A stretch of DNA of 64,000 bases from a bacterium (GTDB lineage: Bacteria > UBA8248). Shown in pieces: positions 10,999 to 20,908 of this stretch. Positions within the stretch are counted from its first letter, which is position 1. Every line of letters starts with the position of its first letter. The notes beneath the pieces are model-generated. The model was not told the origin of the DNA, searched no databases, and was given only the letters and a program-made list of their open reading frames with translations. The stretch is from positions 1,824,001-1,888,000 of the forward strand of contig CBDBBI010000010.1 in the NCBI GenBank assembly GCA_965202625.1. Reading direction: 5' to 3'. The position numbers and the translations under genes are program-made.

Positions 10999-11616
10999 AT
11001 GTTCCTCACGCGCAGACAACGAGAAATTTACGATTACCTCAAGGAATTCATCGAGACGAAAGGCTACGCGCCCTCCATCTTGGAGATCGGCAAGCACTTT
11101 CATCTTACCTCGCCCGCCACTATCCACAAGCACCTGCAAAACATCACAAAGAAGGGACTCATCAAAAGGAGCTGGAACAAAAGCCGCGCGATTGAGCTTG
11201 TTCCCGGCTCGGACACCATTCGCTCCGCTGCCGAACAAGGGCGGGCGGAACTTCCCCTGCGTGGCATGATCGCAGCAGGCGTGCCGCTTGAGGCGATAGA
11301 GGACACAGAGACTATATCGCTGCCTTGGTCATCGGGAGACGGTAATCTCTATGTCCTGAGAGTGAAGGGCAATTCGATGATCGAGGATCATATTCAGGAT
11401 GGGGACTACGTAATCGTGGAAAACCGGGAGAGCGCCCTGAACGGTGAAACCGTGGTGGCACTCGTGGAAAGAGAATCCGCCACCCTGAAACGGTTCTATC
11501 GCGAGGGCGCGCAAATCCGCCTACAGCCCTCGAACGCGGCGATGGAGCCCATTATCGTGCGTGAGGAGGACCTGAGGATTCAGGGCGTCGTCGTGGGCGT
11601 GCTCAGAAAATACTGA
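10999..11616 (+). CDS. lexA: SOS repressor LexA
   Basis: wHTH GYAPSILEIG..SPATIHKHL; IAAGVP cleavage site; GNSM Ser and ATLKRF Lys catalytic dyad. Confidence 0.97.
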   Translation: MFLTRRQREIYDYLKEFIETKGYAPSILEIGKHFHLTSPATIHKHLQNITKKGLIKRSWNKSRAIELVPGSDTIRSAAEQGRAELPLRGMIAAGVPLEAIEDTETISLPWSSGDGNLYVLRVKGNSMIEDHIQDGDYVIVENRESALNGETVVALVERESATLKRFYREGAQIRLQPSNAAMEPIIVREEDLRIQGVVVGVLRKY

Positions 11617-11637
11617 AGCCGCCGCACCAAGAGAGGG

Positions 11638-12867
11638 ATGGACATGCCGCACTGCTCGCGTGAAGGGGCGAATGAGTCGCCGCTTGCCCACCGACGCATC
11701 GCACACGTGGACATGGACGCTTTTTTCGTGTCCGTGGAGCGCATGAACGACCCCTCGCTGGAAGACAAGCCGGTGATCGTGGGAGGCAGCGTGGGACCGC
11801 GCGGGGTGGTATCCGCCGCCTCCTACGAGGCGAGAGCGTTCGGCGTTCACTCCGCCATGCCTATGGTCCGGGCCAAGTCGCTCTGTCCCCACGCCGTCTA
11901 CATACGGGCGAATCACAAAAAGTATGGCGACGCCTCCAGGCGGGTGATGGGAATACTGAGAGGCTTTACGCCCATCGTTCAGGCCGTCTCCGTGGATGAG
12001 GCGTTCCTGGACTTGAGCGGAACAGAACGCCTCCACGGCCCTCCTATGCACACGGCTACAAGAATCCGGAAAGCCATTCAGCGAGAGATGAATTGCTCGG
12101 CGTCCATCGGGGTGGCATCGAGTCGCTTGGTATCAAAAATCGCCTCCGCGCTCGCAAAACCCGCGGGGATTCTCTACGTTTGCGCGGGCGGTGAAACGGC
12201 GTTTTTGCACCCTTTGTCGGTGAGCAGAATTCCCGGCGTGGGCAAGGTGATGGTGCAGAAGCTGAAGCGCTTGGGAATCTCATCCATCGGTGATCTCGCA
12301 AGACAGTCCTCCCCTTTTCTCGAGGCGCAATTTAAAAACGCCGGGTCCGACCTCTACCGCAAGGCGCGGGGGCTAGACGACTCCGAGCTCGCACCCGAGA
12401 GCCAACCCAAAAGCATCGGCAAGGAGACCACCTTCTCAGAAGACGTCTCCGAACGCACCACTCTGGAAGCCGCCCTCACCAGTCTTGTCGAGCAGGCAAG
12501 CACGCGGGTGCGCCGGCGCGGCCTGCACGCGCGGGGCGTCACCCTCAAAATCCGCTTCTCCGACTTCAAGACCCTGACGCGCTCGTTCACTCTCGAGAAA
12601 CCCACACATCTCGACAAAGAGATCGTCAAACCTGCTCTCGACCTGCTGTGGCGCACGCGAGAGAGGGAAGCCAAAAATCAAAAAATTCGACTGTTGGGCA
12701 TTTATCTATCTGGGCTGAAAGCGGCCCAAACGCAGCCTCTCCTGATCGACGACCAAACCCGGTCGAGGGAAGAGTGCCTCGTAGAAAAACTGGATCAGAT
12801 CAGGGAACGCTTCGGCCATGAGGCTGTCTTCGTGCGAAAGAGCGTGGAGCGCATCAAAAATGCTTGA
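11638..12867 (+). CDS. dinB: DNA polymerase IV
   Basis: HVDMDAFFVSVE, SYEARAFGVHSAMP and SVDEAFLD. Confidence 0.95.
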   Translation: MDMPHCSREGANESPLAHRRIAHVDMDAFFVSVERMNDPSLEDKPVIVGGSVGPRGVVSAASYEARAFGVHSAMPMVRAKSLCPHAVYIRANHKKYGDASRRVMGILRGFTPIVQAVSVDEAFLDLSGTERLHGPPMHTATRIRKAIQREMNCSASIGVASSRLVSKIASALAKPAGILYVCAGGETAFLHPLSVSRIPGVGKVMVQKLKRLGISSIGDLARQSSPFLEAQFKNAGSDLYRKARGLDDSELAPESQPKSIGKETTFSEDVSERTTLEAALTSLVEQASTRVRRRGLHARGVTLKIRFSDFKTLTRSFTLEKPTHLDKEIVKPALDLLWRTREREAKNQKIRLLGIYLSGLKAAQTQPLLIDDQTRSREECLVEKLDQIRERFGHEAVFVRKSVERIKNA

Positions 12868-12869
12868 GC

Positions 12870-13775
12870 TCAGATCAGGATCAGAATGGTCCCCACAACC
12901 GTCATCAAGGCGCCCAGCAGGAGCTTCCCCGTTACGTTTTCCGTCTCGCGCAAGAACAGGTAAGAACCCAGAATCACGAGAAGCGGCTGCATCGCCGCGA
13001 TGGAGGAGACATTTACCGCGTAGGTGCGCGCCAGAGCACTACTGTAGGATGGAATCGCTATCGTCTGACAGGCGGCGGCCATGAGCATCCACTTCCAGCT
13101 CGCCCGGGGGATTCCACCCTTCTCTCCCCTGGGCCCAAAGGCGAACGCGAGACCCCAGGCGAAGACGATACCTATCCAGATCACCAACGCCGACGCGGCC
13201 AGCGCGTTCACGTCAAGCGTGATGGTTTTGAGCATGACCCCCGACGCGCTCCAGTTGAGCGTGGTCAAGCCGGCCGAGACATAGCCTCGGACGACGTCTG
13301 CCCGCATGAGACCCGCCTCGGCGTCTGGCCGCGCCTGGTCGGCGCGCACCACGACGGTGATACCCGCCATCAGACACAGCAATCCCAGAAAGATGGGAAG
13401 CGTGAACGGCTCGTCCAGCAACGCGGCGGCCAGCAACGCAGTGACGGCGGGCGTGCTCACGGCGATAGGAATGGTACGGCTCGGCCCGATTCGTCGGAGG
13501 GCATAATAGTAAGTAAGCCTGGAGACGGCGATCATGAAAAAGCCGGTGATGGGGAGCAACGCCCAAGTTCGCGTCAGCTGGGGCTGAAAGGCGGAGAGTG
13601 GGAGCACAAAGAAAACCAGGACGACGAGGGCGCCGTTTAAGGTCGAGGTGGCCGCAGCCGTCTTGAGAAGAGGTGCGTTTTTCATCGCCAAGCGAATGAA
13701 GAAAGATACGCACGTCCAGCTCAAGAGGGCGGAGACGGCGAACAGCTGGCCCGCGGTATGGGTGGATAGGTCCAT
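12870..13775 (-). CDS. EamA/DMT family transporter
   Basis: About 10 TM segments in two EamA repeats. Confidence 0.85.
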   Translation of the reverse strand: MDLSTHTAGQLFAVSALLSWTCVSFFIRLAMKNAPLLKTAAATSTLNGALVVLVFFVLPLSAFQPQLTRTWALLPITGFFMIAVSRLTYYYALRRIGPSRTIPIAVSTPAVTALLAAALLDEPFTLPIFLGLLCLMAGITVVVRADQARPDAEAGLMRADVVRGYVSAGLTTLNWSASGVMLKTITLDVNALAASALVIWIGIVFAWGLAFAFGPRGEKGGIPRASWKWMLMAAACQTIAIPSYSSALARTYAVNVSSIAAMQPLLVILGSYLFLRETENVTGKLLLGALMTVVGTILILI

Positions 13776-14038
13776 AAACGCTTTCTGGGGTTAGTGGGCA
13801 TCTTTGAGAAAGCCGCCGCTCAGGCCAGTGCAGAATCCATCCAGTCAACATGGAAGTCGTCGCATTCAGGCACACGACACCAACGCGTTTCCCGCGAAAC
13901 TTGGGATTCCGCCTTCTCGCCCAAGCCTGCCACGCCAAGGCGCCTCCATTTTCAGTGCGCGAGTCGCCTGGTGCTAAAAGCGTAGATTACTACACTATCG
14001 TCTCTTCGCGCCATGCAGGGTGCGAAATGCCGCCCCCC

Positions 14039-15181
14039 TCATTCGCCCATCGCACTCAGAGCAGACGAGACGAACCCTAAGAACCGCATCGCCTCCCAAA
14101 TTCTTCTAGGAGAGAGTATATCCCTTTCGACCCCTACGTGGCGAAAGCCATTCAAGATGAGCCATGAAACCGCCTCTTCAGAAGTCTCGCGCGCGCGATT
14201 CAACAACAAAATGCTCTCGGACGCCGGAACGAACGGATCGCCACGCCCATGCAGGAAAAACTTGCGTCCCCGAACCTTCGGGACAATGTCCTTCATCCCC
14301 CATTTCCGCAAACGCTCCCGCTGTTCGGCCCCTTGCTGGGCGTAGAGCGACTCGAAGCGATGAGGTGCCTTGTTCTCCATCAAGGCGATGAGGGAGCGGG
14401 CGCGCCCCGACAAACCCGCCATCAAATCGCTCACGTCCGCCTCCTCGTCCTCCAGTTTTCTCGAAATGATGAGGTCAACACGGTTTTGGAAGGCGACCAG
14501 ACCCAAAAGTTTCGCGTTGTAACGCAGAAAGAGCCATTTCCCGTGCCGGATGGGCAGTCCCCCGGGAAAGGCAGGCTGGTTCTCCCCGCCGCTCGTGGTG
14601 ATGTGCTTGAGTACGTTCTTCAGGTCGTAATACGCGCCCACACCAATGAAAGCGCCCACTTGATTCCGAACACTAGCCTTGGCCGCTGCGCGAAGGGCCG
14701 GCCCGGCGGCGAAGGAAAACGCCAGAAGACTGCACTTTTTGAAAGAAGCCCTCCTGCCACCCGCCATGCCCAACAACGCCTGCTCAATTCGCAGAACGTC
14801 ATCCTCTTCGGGGCGAAACTTTTTCATGCCGGGCAAATCGGGTGTGAGAACTGAAAATCCCAGTCTCGCCAGCGACTGCGCGAACGCCGAAAGCCGGTAA
14901 TCCCGCTTTCCCATCGCGCTCATTCCGTGAATGAGCAGGACGCATCCCCGAGAGGGCGCGTCTTTCCGGCGCGCCTCATCGCGCGGGGAATACAAATCTG
15001 CCGACACTCCGTTCAGCACGACTTCGGCCCTTCTCGGCACCCTCGTCAGAAGGGAGAGCCAGCCGCCCCGGCCGTCAAGCATCCCTTGCGTCAGCAGAAG
15101 GGCGTCCACCGGATGGCGAAGGCTTGGTGAGAATCTCGACGAGATGAACAGAACGACCAACAGCAGCGAGGCGAGGAGCAA
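14039..15181 (-). CDS. Membrane-anchored alpha/beta hydrolase fold protein
   Basis: N-terminal TM; LLIHG, LARLGFSVLTPD, AFSFAA nucleophile elbow, HGRGDPFVP and GFRH. Confidence 0.75.
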   Translation of the reverse strand: MLLASLLLVVLFISSRFSPSLRHPVDALLLTQGMLDGRGGWLSLLTRVPRRAEVVLNGVSADLYSPRDEARRKDAPSRGCVLLIHGMSAMGKRDYRLSAFAQSLARLGFSVLTPDLPGMKKFRPEEDDVLRIEQALLGMAGGRRASFKKCSLLAFSFAAGPALRAAAKASVRNQVGAFIGVGAYYDLKNVLKHITTSGGENQPAFPGGLPIRHGKWLFLRYNAKLLGLVAFQNRVDLIISRKLEDEEADVSDLMAGLSGRARSLIALMENKAPHRFESLYAQQGAEQRERLRKWGMKDIVPKVRGRKFFLHGRGDPFVPASESILLLNRARETSEEAVSWLILNGFRHVGVERDILSPRRIWEAMRFLGFVSSALSAMGE

Positions 15182-15216
15182 AACGCCTCGAAGTATGGAG
15201 GAGTTCCTGAGAGCGA

Positions 15217-18108
15217 TCAGCCTGCCCTCGTGTTCTCGAAATACGCTTTCAGGAACCTGCCCGTGTGCGATTTAGAGTTTCGGGACACCTCCTCGGGCGT
15301 CCCCTCAGCGACGATGCGTCCTCCCGCGTCCCCCCCCTCGGGGCCGAGGTCGATCACCCACTCTGCAGAGCGAATCACATCCAGGTTGTGTTCGACCACG
15401 ACCACCGTGTTTCCAAGCCCCACCAGTCGCGTCAACACGTTCAGCAACCGCTCCACGTCCTGAAAATGGAGCCCCGTCGTCGGCTCGTCCATGAGATACA
15501 TCACGTCCCGCGGCGATCTGGCGGCCAGCTGGCCCGCGATTTTCAGACGCTGGGCCTCGCCGCCGGACAGCGTATTCACGGGTTGCCCGATTCTAAGATA
15601 GTTCAGGCCCACGTCTCGGAGAATCAGCAGCTTGTTCAGCACCGACGGCACATGGTCGAAAAAGAGGGCGGCCTCATCCACCGTGAGATTTAGGACATCG
15701 TGGATATTCTTCCCCTTGTATTCGATCTCCATGGTCTGAGCCTTGAAGCGCCTCCCCTCGCAATCCGGGCAGCGGATGAACAAGTCGGCCATGAAGTGCA
15801 TCTCTATCTTCTGGATTCCGCTTCCCGCGCAGGACTCGCATCGTCCTCCTGTCGCGTTGAACGAGAAGTGCCCGGGACCGTAACCCATGTTTTTCGCCCG
15901 AGGGGTATCGGCGAAGAGTCGGCGAATCGCGTCGTATCCCTTCAAATACGTGATGGGGTTGCTCCGGGGGCTTCGCCCGATGGGACTCTGATCGAGCAGC
16001 ACGACGGAATCCACTTCCTCAAATCCCTCAATCCGCCCGAAGCGGCCGATAGGGTGTTGTACCTCGTGAAGAATCCGCGCCAGTGCCGGGTAGAGCGTGT
16101 CGTGCACCAGCGTGCTCTTGCCCGATCCAGAGACGCCCGTGATCGCCACCAGACGCCTCAAGGGAACGTGGAGGTCCACCTCCTTCAGGTTGTTCTCCCG
16201 CGCACCCAACAACGAAAGGCGAGCACCGCTCTCACTCGCCTTTCTCTTTATTTTCATCGGGCGAACATCCCGCTCTCCGCTCAGGAATTTCGCCGTCGCC
16301 GATTTCTCGCACCCGTTCAACGCCTCTCTAGCGCCTGAGAAAACCACCTCGCCGCCGCGCTCGCCCGCGCCGGGTCCTAAGTCCACGACATGGTCCGCCG
16401 CGTTAATGAGGTCGCGATCGTGCTCCACTACGATAAGGGTGTTTCCCCTGTCCACCAAATCCTTCAGGATGCCCGCCAAACGCGCGTTGTCCCTCGGGTG
16501 AAGCCCGATGGTCGGTTCATCAAGAATATAGAGCGTGCCTGTGAGGTGGGCACCCAGTTGATTCGCCAGATTGATCCTCTGGTGCTCGCCCCCGCTCAGG
16601 GTTCTGGTCTCTCGGTCCAGAGTCAGATACTCTAGGCCGACCTTGTGAAGAAAATCGAGTCGATCTCGCACTTGCTTGAGAACGTCTCCGGCGTACGCGT
16701 CCTGCTCCGGCGTCAGCGGTGGAGCCTCAAAATATCTTCTCAATGCTCCGATCGGCATGGCGCAAATCTCAGCGATGGTCCGATCGCCCAACCTTATCCA
16801 CAGCGCCTCGGGCCGCAGGCGCGCGCCCTGGCACGAGGCGCACTTTTGCTGGCTCTGATAGCGCCTTATCATCACGCGCACCCAAACCTTGTATTTTCTT
16901 TTCTTCAATCTCTCGAAAAACGGATAAATCCCCAAAAGCTTCCCTGAACCCTTAAACACCATCTTTTTCTGGCGCGGAGACATCCTCTCCCAGGGAACGT
17001 GAATGTCGAGACCCTCCTCCGCAGCGGCATCTTGAAGCTGCCGGCCGAAATGTCGGCGATAGCGTGGCCTCGTCCAAGGCTCCACCGCTCCTTGGGCGAG
17101 CGTCTTCTTCGGGTCCGGAACGATGAGCGCCTCATCGAAGCACAACGTTTTCCCAAAACCCCCGCATTCCGGGCACGCCCCGTTCGGGTTATTGAAACTG
17201 AACGTGTGCGGAACGGGCGGATCAAACATATTTCCGCAGCATTCAAGCTTTTGGCTGAACCGCAATCTCGGCCCGTCCACGAGCTGCACCTCAGCGACGC
17301 CGCCCCCCTCCCGAAACGCCGTCTCCAGCGACTCTCCCAAGCGTGCGCGGTTTTTGGGCGAAAGCCTCAGACGGTCGACCACGGCGCGAATCGCACGATG
17401 GCCTTGCACCGGGGGCGTTTCCTCCTGGGGTTTTCTCTTGGGAGAGCGGCTCCGCCTCGCGCGCGGGGTGGGGGGTGCCTCTTCTTTGAGTCTCTCGAAA
17501 AGCGTTGGCCCGACGTTGACAACCTCATCGTCCACCATCACCCGAACGTAGCCCCGCGCCATCAAGACTTTCAGTTCATCTTCCATCTCCCCCGACTCGC
17601 GTGGAGACAGGGGAAAGAGTATGAAGCCTCTCTCATCCGAATGTGCACTCAGCAAAAGTGCGACCGCTCCGTCGACGGTGGCGGGAGAAATCTCGCCCCT
17701 GCAATGCGGACAATGCATTTTCCCCGCCTTCGCAAACAAAAGGCGCAAATAATCGTAAATCTCCGAAGCTGTGCCCACCGTGGAGCGGGAATGATTCACC
17801 GGGTTGTATTGCTCGATGGCGATGGCCGGGCTGATGCCCTCGATGGAATCCACGTCGGGCTTGTCCACCCGCTCCAGGAACCGCCGCGCGTAGGTGGAGA
17901 GACTCTCCACGTATCTGCGGTGGCCTTCTGCGTATATGGTGTCGAACGCCAGAGAGGATTTTCCCGAACCGCTCGGGCCCGTAAGGACGATGAATCGCTC
18001 TCTGGGAAGGCGCAGCGAAACGTTCTTGAGGTTATGCTCCCGGGCACCCTCGATCCGCACCTCCTCCATCAGGGATGGAGCAACGGGGCCTGCGCTTCGC
18101 TTATTCAT
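15217..18108 (-). CDS. uvrA: Excinuclease ABC subunit A
   Basis: GAREHNLKN; two Walker A motifs (GPSGSGKSS, GVSGSGKST); two LSGGE signatures; Zn fingers. Confidence 0.96.
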   Translation of the reverse strand: MNKRSAGPVAPSLMEEVRIEGAREHNLKNVSLRLPRERFIVLTGPSGSGKSSLAFDTIYAEGHRRYVESLSTYARRFLERVDKPDVDSIEGISPAIAIEQYNPVNHSRSTVGTASEIYDYLRLLFAKAGKMHCPHCRGEISPATVDGAVALLLSAHSDERGFILFPLSPRESGEMEDELKVLMARGYVRVMVDDEVVNVGPTLFERLKEEAPPTPRARRSRSPKRKPQEETPPVQGHRAIRAVVDRLRLSPKNRARLGESLETAFREGGGVAEVQLVDGPRLRFSQKLECCGNMFDPPVPHTFSFNNPNGACPECGGFGKTLCFDEALIVPDPKKTLAQGAVEPWTRPRYRRHFGRQLQDAAAEEGLDIHVPWERMSPRQKKMVFKGSGKLLGIYPFFERLKKRKYKVWVRVMIRRYQSQQKCASCQGARLRPEALWIRLGDRTIAEICAMPIGALRRYFEAPPLTPEQDAYAGDVLKQVRDRLDFLHKVGLEYLTLDRETRTLSGGEHQRINLANQLGAHLTGTLYILDEPTIGLHPRDNARLAGILKDLVDRGNTLIVVEHDRDLINAADHVVDLGPGAGERGGEVVFSGAREALNGCEKSATAKFLSGERDVRPMKIKRKASESGARLSLLGARENNLKEVDLHVPLRRLVAITGVSGSGKSTLVHDTLYPALARILHEVQHPIGRFGRIEGFEEVDSVVLLDQSPIGRSPRSNPITYLKGYDAIRRLFADTPRAKNMGYGPGHFSFNATGGRCESCAGSGIQKIEMHFMADLFIRCPDCEGRRFKAQTMEIEYKGKNIHDVLNLTVDEAALFFDHVPSVLNKLLILRDVGLNYLRIGQPVNTLSGGEAQRLKIAGQLAARSPRDVMYLMDEPTTGLHFQDVERLLNVLTRLVGLGNTVVVVEHNLDVIRSAEWVIDLGPEGGDAGGRIVAEGTPEEVSRNSKSHTGRFLKAYFENTRAG

Positions 18109-18387
18109 CGTCTACTGGTAGTCACGTGGGCAGCGAACGGGATGATAACCCACCAATATGATGCGCGAGAAAAGCGCGTGTCAAGGCACTTTTGCGCACG
18201 CGAGATGAGAATTCAATCAAGGGTGGGGAATTTGACAAAGGCATTATTAGAGAACGCAAATAAAGCGATACAAGACGCCTGCCTACGATTGGATACTCCA
18301 GGGGCCCCCAAAACAACAGCCCTCTTGCCTTCTCAAAAGTCCGTAGACAATCGCCGCCGCTCCACAGAGGCGCGTCGGGGAGAAAAT

Positions 18388-19320
18388 CTACTCCCTAGGA
18401 GCGATGACGATGAAAGTAGGCGTAGGCCGGCCTGGAATGTGAATTTCCGGAGCCGGACCCCCCGCTCGAACCCACAGCTGCGAGCTCGATCCGCCGTCCA
18501 GGTTCATGGCGTCCCTCAGTCCAAGTCCCCCCTTCGATTCGGACAAAACCAAGTATTCCTGAAGCTCGCACCAGGAGACGCCGCGTGTTTCATTCTCGCT
18601 CACCAAGATGACGAGCCTATCCTTTGCGTCGAGTCCGACCACCGTTCTTCTCGTGGGACGCAGATATTCTCGATACCGCGCCAGTCCCTTAACAGGCTTC
18701 CTGTCCGCCACGAGATGGGGCCCCGCCTGAAACGCCTCTCTGACGCCAGAATCCTCAAATGCTTGGCGAGAGACAATTTTCGGTCTCCCATCTTCTTGCC
18801 CCACAGCGAACAATGCGCCGAAATGTAGGGCGATTTTGCGTCCTCGATACAACACTCGGCTGTTGAACGCCTTACCGCCCGAACGGAAATACCCCAGCGG
18901 GCGTCCGTTGACGTCATAATAGCCGGCGTTCACGATGACGACGGCTCCCATCCTCTCGCCAAGGCGGCTCAAGTCGATGGGGGAGAACCACTTGTACTTC
19001 TCGCGCCAGTGAAGGCGAATCTTAAACTTCTGATGACGCAGGCGCACCGCCTGCATTCGGCCGATAGCCCCGTCCTCAAACCGAATTCGAACGCTTCGCA
19101 CCTCCAGCGGAGGGACGCCGCGCCTCGTCCAGCGACCATCACCCACCAGATGCCCCTTGAACGGACAAGCAGACACGGCCCCAGCAGGCGGCGGGATGCC
19201 TATAGAAAAGACTCCGGCCAAGATAAGTGAAGCCAGACGCTTCGTCGCGAACGCTCCCTCGCCGTCAGCCCCTCTTCCGGATGCGCGCCCAAAACCCCTA
19301 AAAACCAACTGCGCATCCAT
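18388..19320 (-). CDS. Phosphodiester glycosidase (NAGPA/DUF2233) family protein
   Basis: VNAGYY, AFQAGPHLV, RRTVVG and AMNLDGGSSSQL; start codon uncertain. Confidence 0.82.
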   Translation of the reverse strand: MDAQLVFRGFGRASGRGADGEGAFATKRLASLILAGVFSIGIPPPAGAVSACPFKGHLVGDGRWTRRGVPPLEVRSVRIRFEDGAIGRMQAVRLRHQKFKIRLHWREKYKWFSPIDLSRLGERMGAVVIVNAGYYDVNGRPLGYFRSGGKAFNSRVLYRGRKIALHFGALFAVGQEDGRPKIVSRQAFEDSGVREAFQAGPHLVADRKPVKGLARYREYLRPTRRTVVGLDAKDRLVILVSENETRGVSWCELQEYLVLSESKGGLGLRDAMNLDGGSSSQLWVRAGGPAPEIHIPGRPTPTFIVIAPRE

Positions 19321-20905
19321 CCCTGCGATGATCGGATCCGCCCATAAACACGCCGTCGTCCAGTCGAACGATCCCCTGGCCTCCCCCGAAACCCTCATAG
19401 CCACCGGCACGGCGGACGTCATGTCCCCTTGATTCGAGTTCCTCAAGCACGGTCTCCGGCACGCCACCCTCTATTGCCACCTCGCGACCACCCAAAGCAC
19501 GAAAACGGGGCGCGTCGATAGCAGCCTGGACATCCATACCGAAATCCACCATGTTCGAGAGAACCTGCACATGGCCTTGCGGCTGCATGTCTCCTCCCAT
19601 GACGCCGAAGCTCATCCACGGCTCCCCCTCCTTCATCACGAACCCGGGGATGATGGTGTGCAAGGGTCGCTTGCCCGGCCCGATGCAATTCGGATGCCCC
19701 TCCTCCAGCACAAAACCGCTACCCCTGTTCTGCAGCATAACCCCCGTCTCGCCGCCGGTCACTCCGGAGCCAAAATGATGAAAGAGGCTGTTGATGAACG
19801 AGCACATGTTGCCCTGGGAGTCCGCCGTCGTGAGATACACAGTGTCGCTCCAGACGCCAAGCGTTCCGGCCTCCGGGCTGCCGGCTCGCCTCTCGTCGAT
19901 GCGCTTTCGCCGCTCATCGGCGTATTTCAAAGAGAGGAGCCCCTGGAGGGGCACGTCCGCCTCGTCCATGTCCGCCACGTAGCGATCTCTGTCCGAGAAG
20001 GCGAGCTTCATCGCCTCGATCATAAGGTGGAGATGATCGACCGATCCGTAGCGCATCTCCCCTAGAGGATAAGCACCTATGAGATTCAGACATATCAGCG
20101 CAGTGACGCCTTGGCCCGGGGGGGGTATCTCGCAAAGCGAATAGCCGCGGTAGTTCGCGTGAATCGGTTCCACCCAGACGCATTTCGTAGAGGCGAAATC
20201 CTCCATATCAAGCAAGCCGCCGAGCTCCTTCGTGTAGCGAACAATCTCCTCAGCTAACGGGCCTTCATAGAAAGCCTCGCGTCCGCCGGAGGCTATCGTC
20301 CGAAGCGACGCTCCCAACCTGGGGTTTCGGAATCTCTCCCCGATCTTTGGCGGGCGGTCCGCAGGCAGATAGGTTTGACGCGAGTACGCGCACCTCTTCA
20401 ACTTCTCCGCCTGGTTCGCCCATGCCCGCCCGATGATGGGGGAGAGGGGAAAGCCATCTTCCGCATATTGAATCGCCGGCTGAAGGAGCTCCGACATAGA
20501 CTTCTTCCCGCCCCCACATCGCTCGTGGGCGGCGAACCAGCCGTCCACCGCGCCGGGGACGGTACAGGAATAGACCCCCGTCTCTGGCATGGAGGAGAAC
20601 TCCCGGTAGCGCGACAGGGTAGCGTTAGACGGACTCTTCCCACTGCCGTTCAAACCCAGAAGCTCCTTCGCTCCAGCGTCCCAATACAGCATGAACATGT
20701 CTCCACCGGCCCCAGTGGACTGCGGCTCCAACACACTCAGTGCGGCGGCCGTGGCGATGGCCGCGTCCACCGCGTTTCCTCCCTCTCTCAACATCTGGAG
20801 ACCCGCCTCGGCGGCCAAGGGTTGGCTGGTCGCCACCAAGCCGCCGGATGCAAATACGGGAGAGCGGCCAACGGGCAAGGACATTTTCGCGATCGGCGCC
20901 TTCAA
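19298..20905 (-). CDS. ggt: Gamma-glutamyltransferase
   Basis: GGNAVDAAIA; DTVYLT nucleophile Thr; NSLFHHFGSG; PGKRPLHTIIP; GVMGGDMQPQG. Confidence 0.95.
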   Translation of the reverse strand: MKAPIAKMSLPVGRSPVFASGGLVATSQPLAAEAGLQMLREGGNAVDAAIATAAALSVLEPQSTGAGGDMFMLYWDAGAKELLGLNGSGKSPSNATLSRYREFSSMPETGVYSCTVPGAVDGWFAAHERCGGGKKSMSELLQPAIQYAEDGFPLSPIIGRAWANQAEKLKRCAYSRQTYLPADRPPKIGERFRNPRLGASLRTIASGGREAFYEGPLAEEIVRYTKELGGLLDMEDFASTKCVWVEPIHANYRGYSLCEIPPPGQGVTALICLNLIGAYPLGEMRYGSVDHLHLMIEAMKLAFSDRDRYVADMDEADVPLQGLLSLKYADERRKRIDERRAGSPEAGTLGVWSDTVYLTTADSQGNMCSFINSLFHHFGSGVTGGETGVMLQNRGSGFVLEEGHPNCIGPGKRPLHTIIPGFVMKEGEPWMSFGVMGGDMQPQGHVQVLSNMVDFGMDVQAAIDAPRFRALGGREVAIEGGVPETVLEELESRGHDVRRAGGYEGFGGGQGIVRLDDGVFMGGSDHRRDGCAVGF

Positions 20906-20908
20906 CGC

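Noticed and set aside
13851-13950. tRNA(Sec)-like appearance on the + strand (starts GGAAG, ends CCA)
   Set aside because: No T-loop (TTCRA), no proper acceptor pairing and no anticodon arm
18109-18390. LexA box upstream of uvrA
   Set aside because: Only a TTGACA-N18-CATATT promoter-like element on the minus strand; no motif shared with the lexA upstream region
16999-18828. 609-aa + strand ORF
   Set aside because: Antisense shadow of uvrA and the NAGPA gene; no recognisable motifs. Long shadow ORFs are expected in GC-rich DNA.
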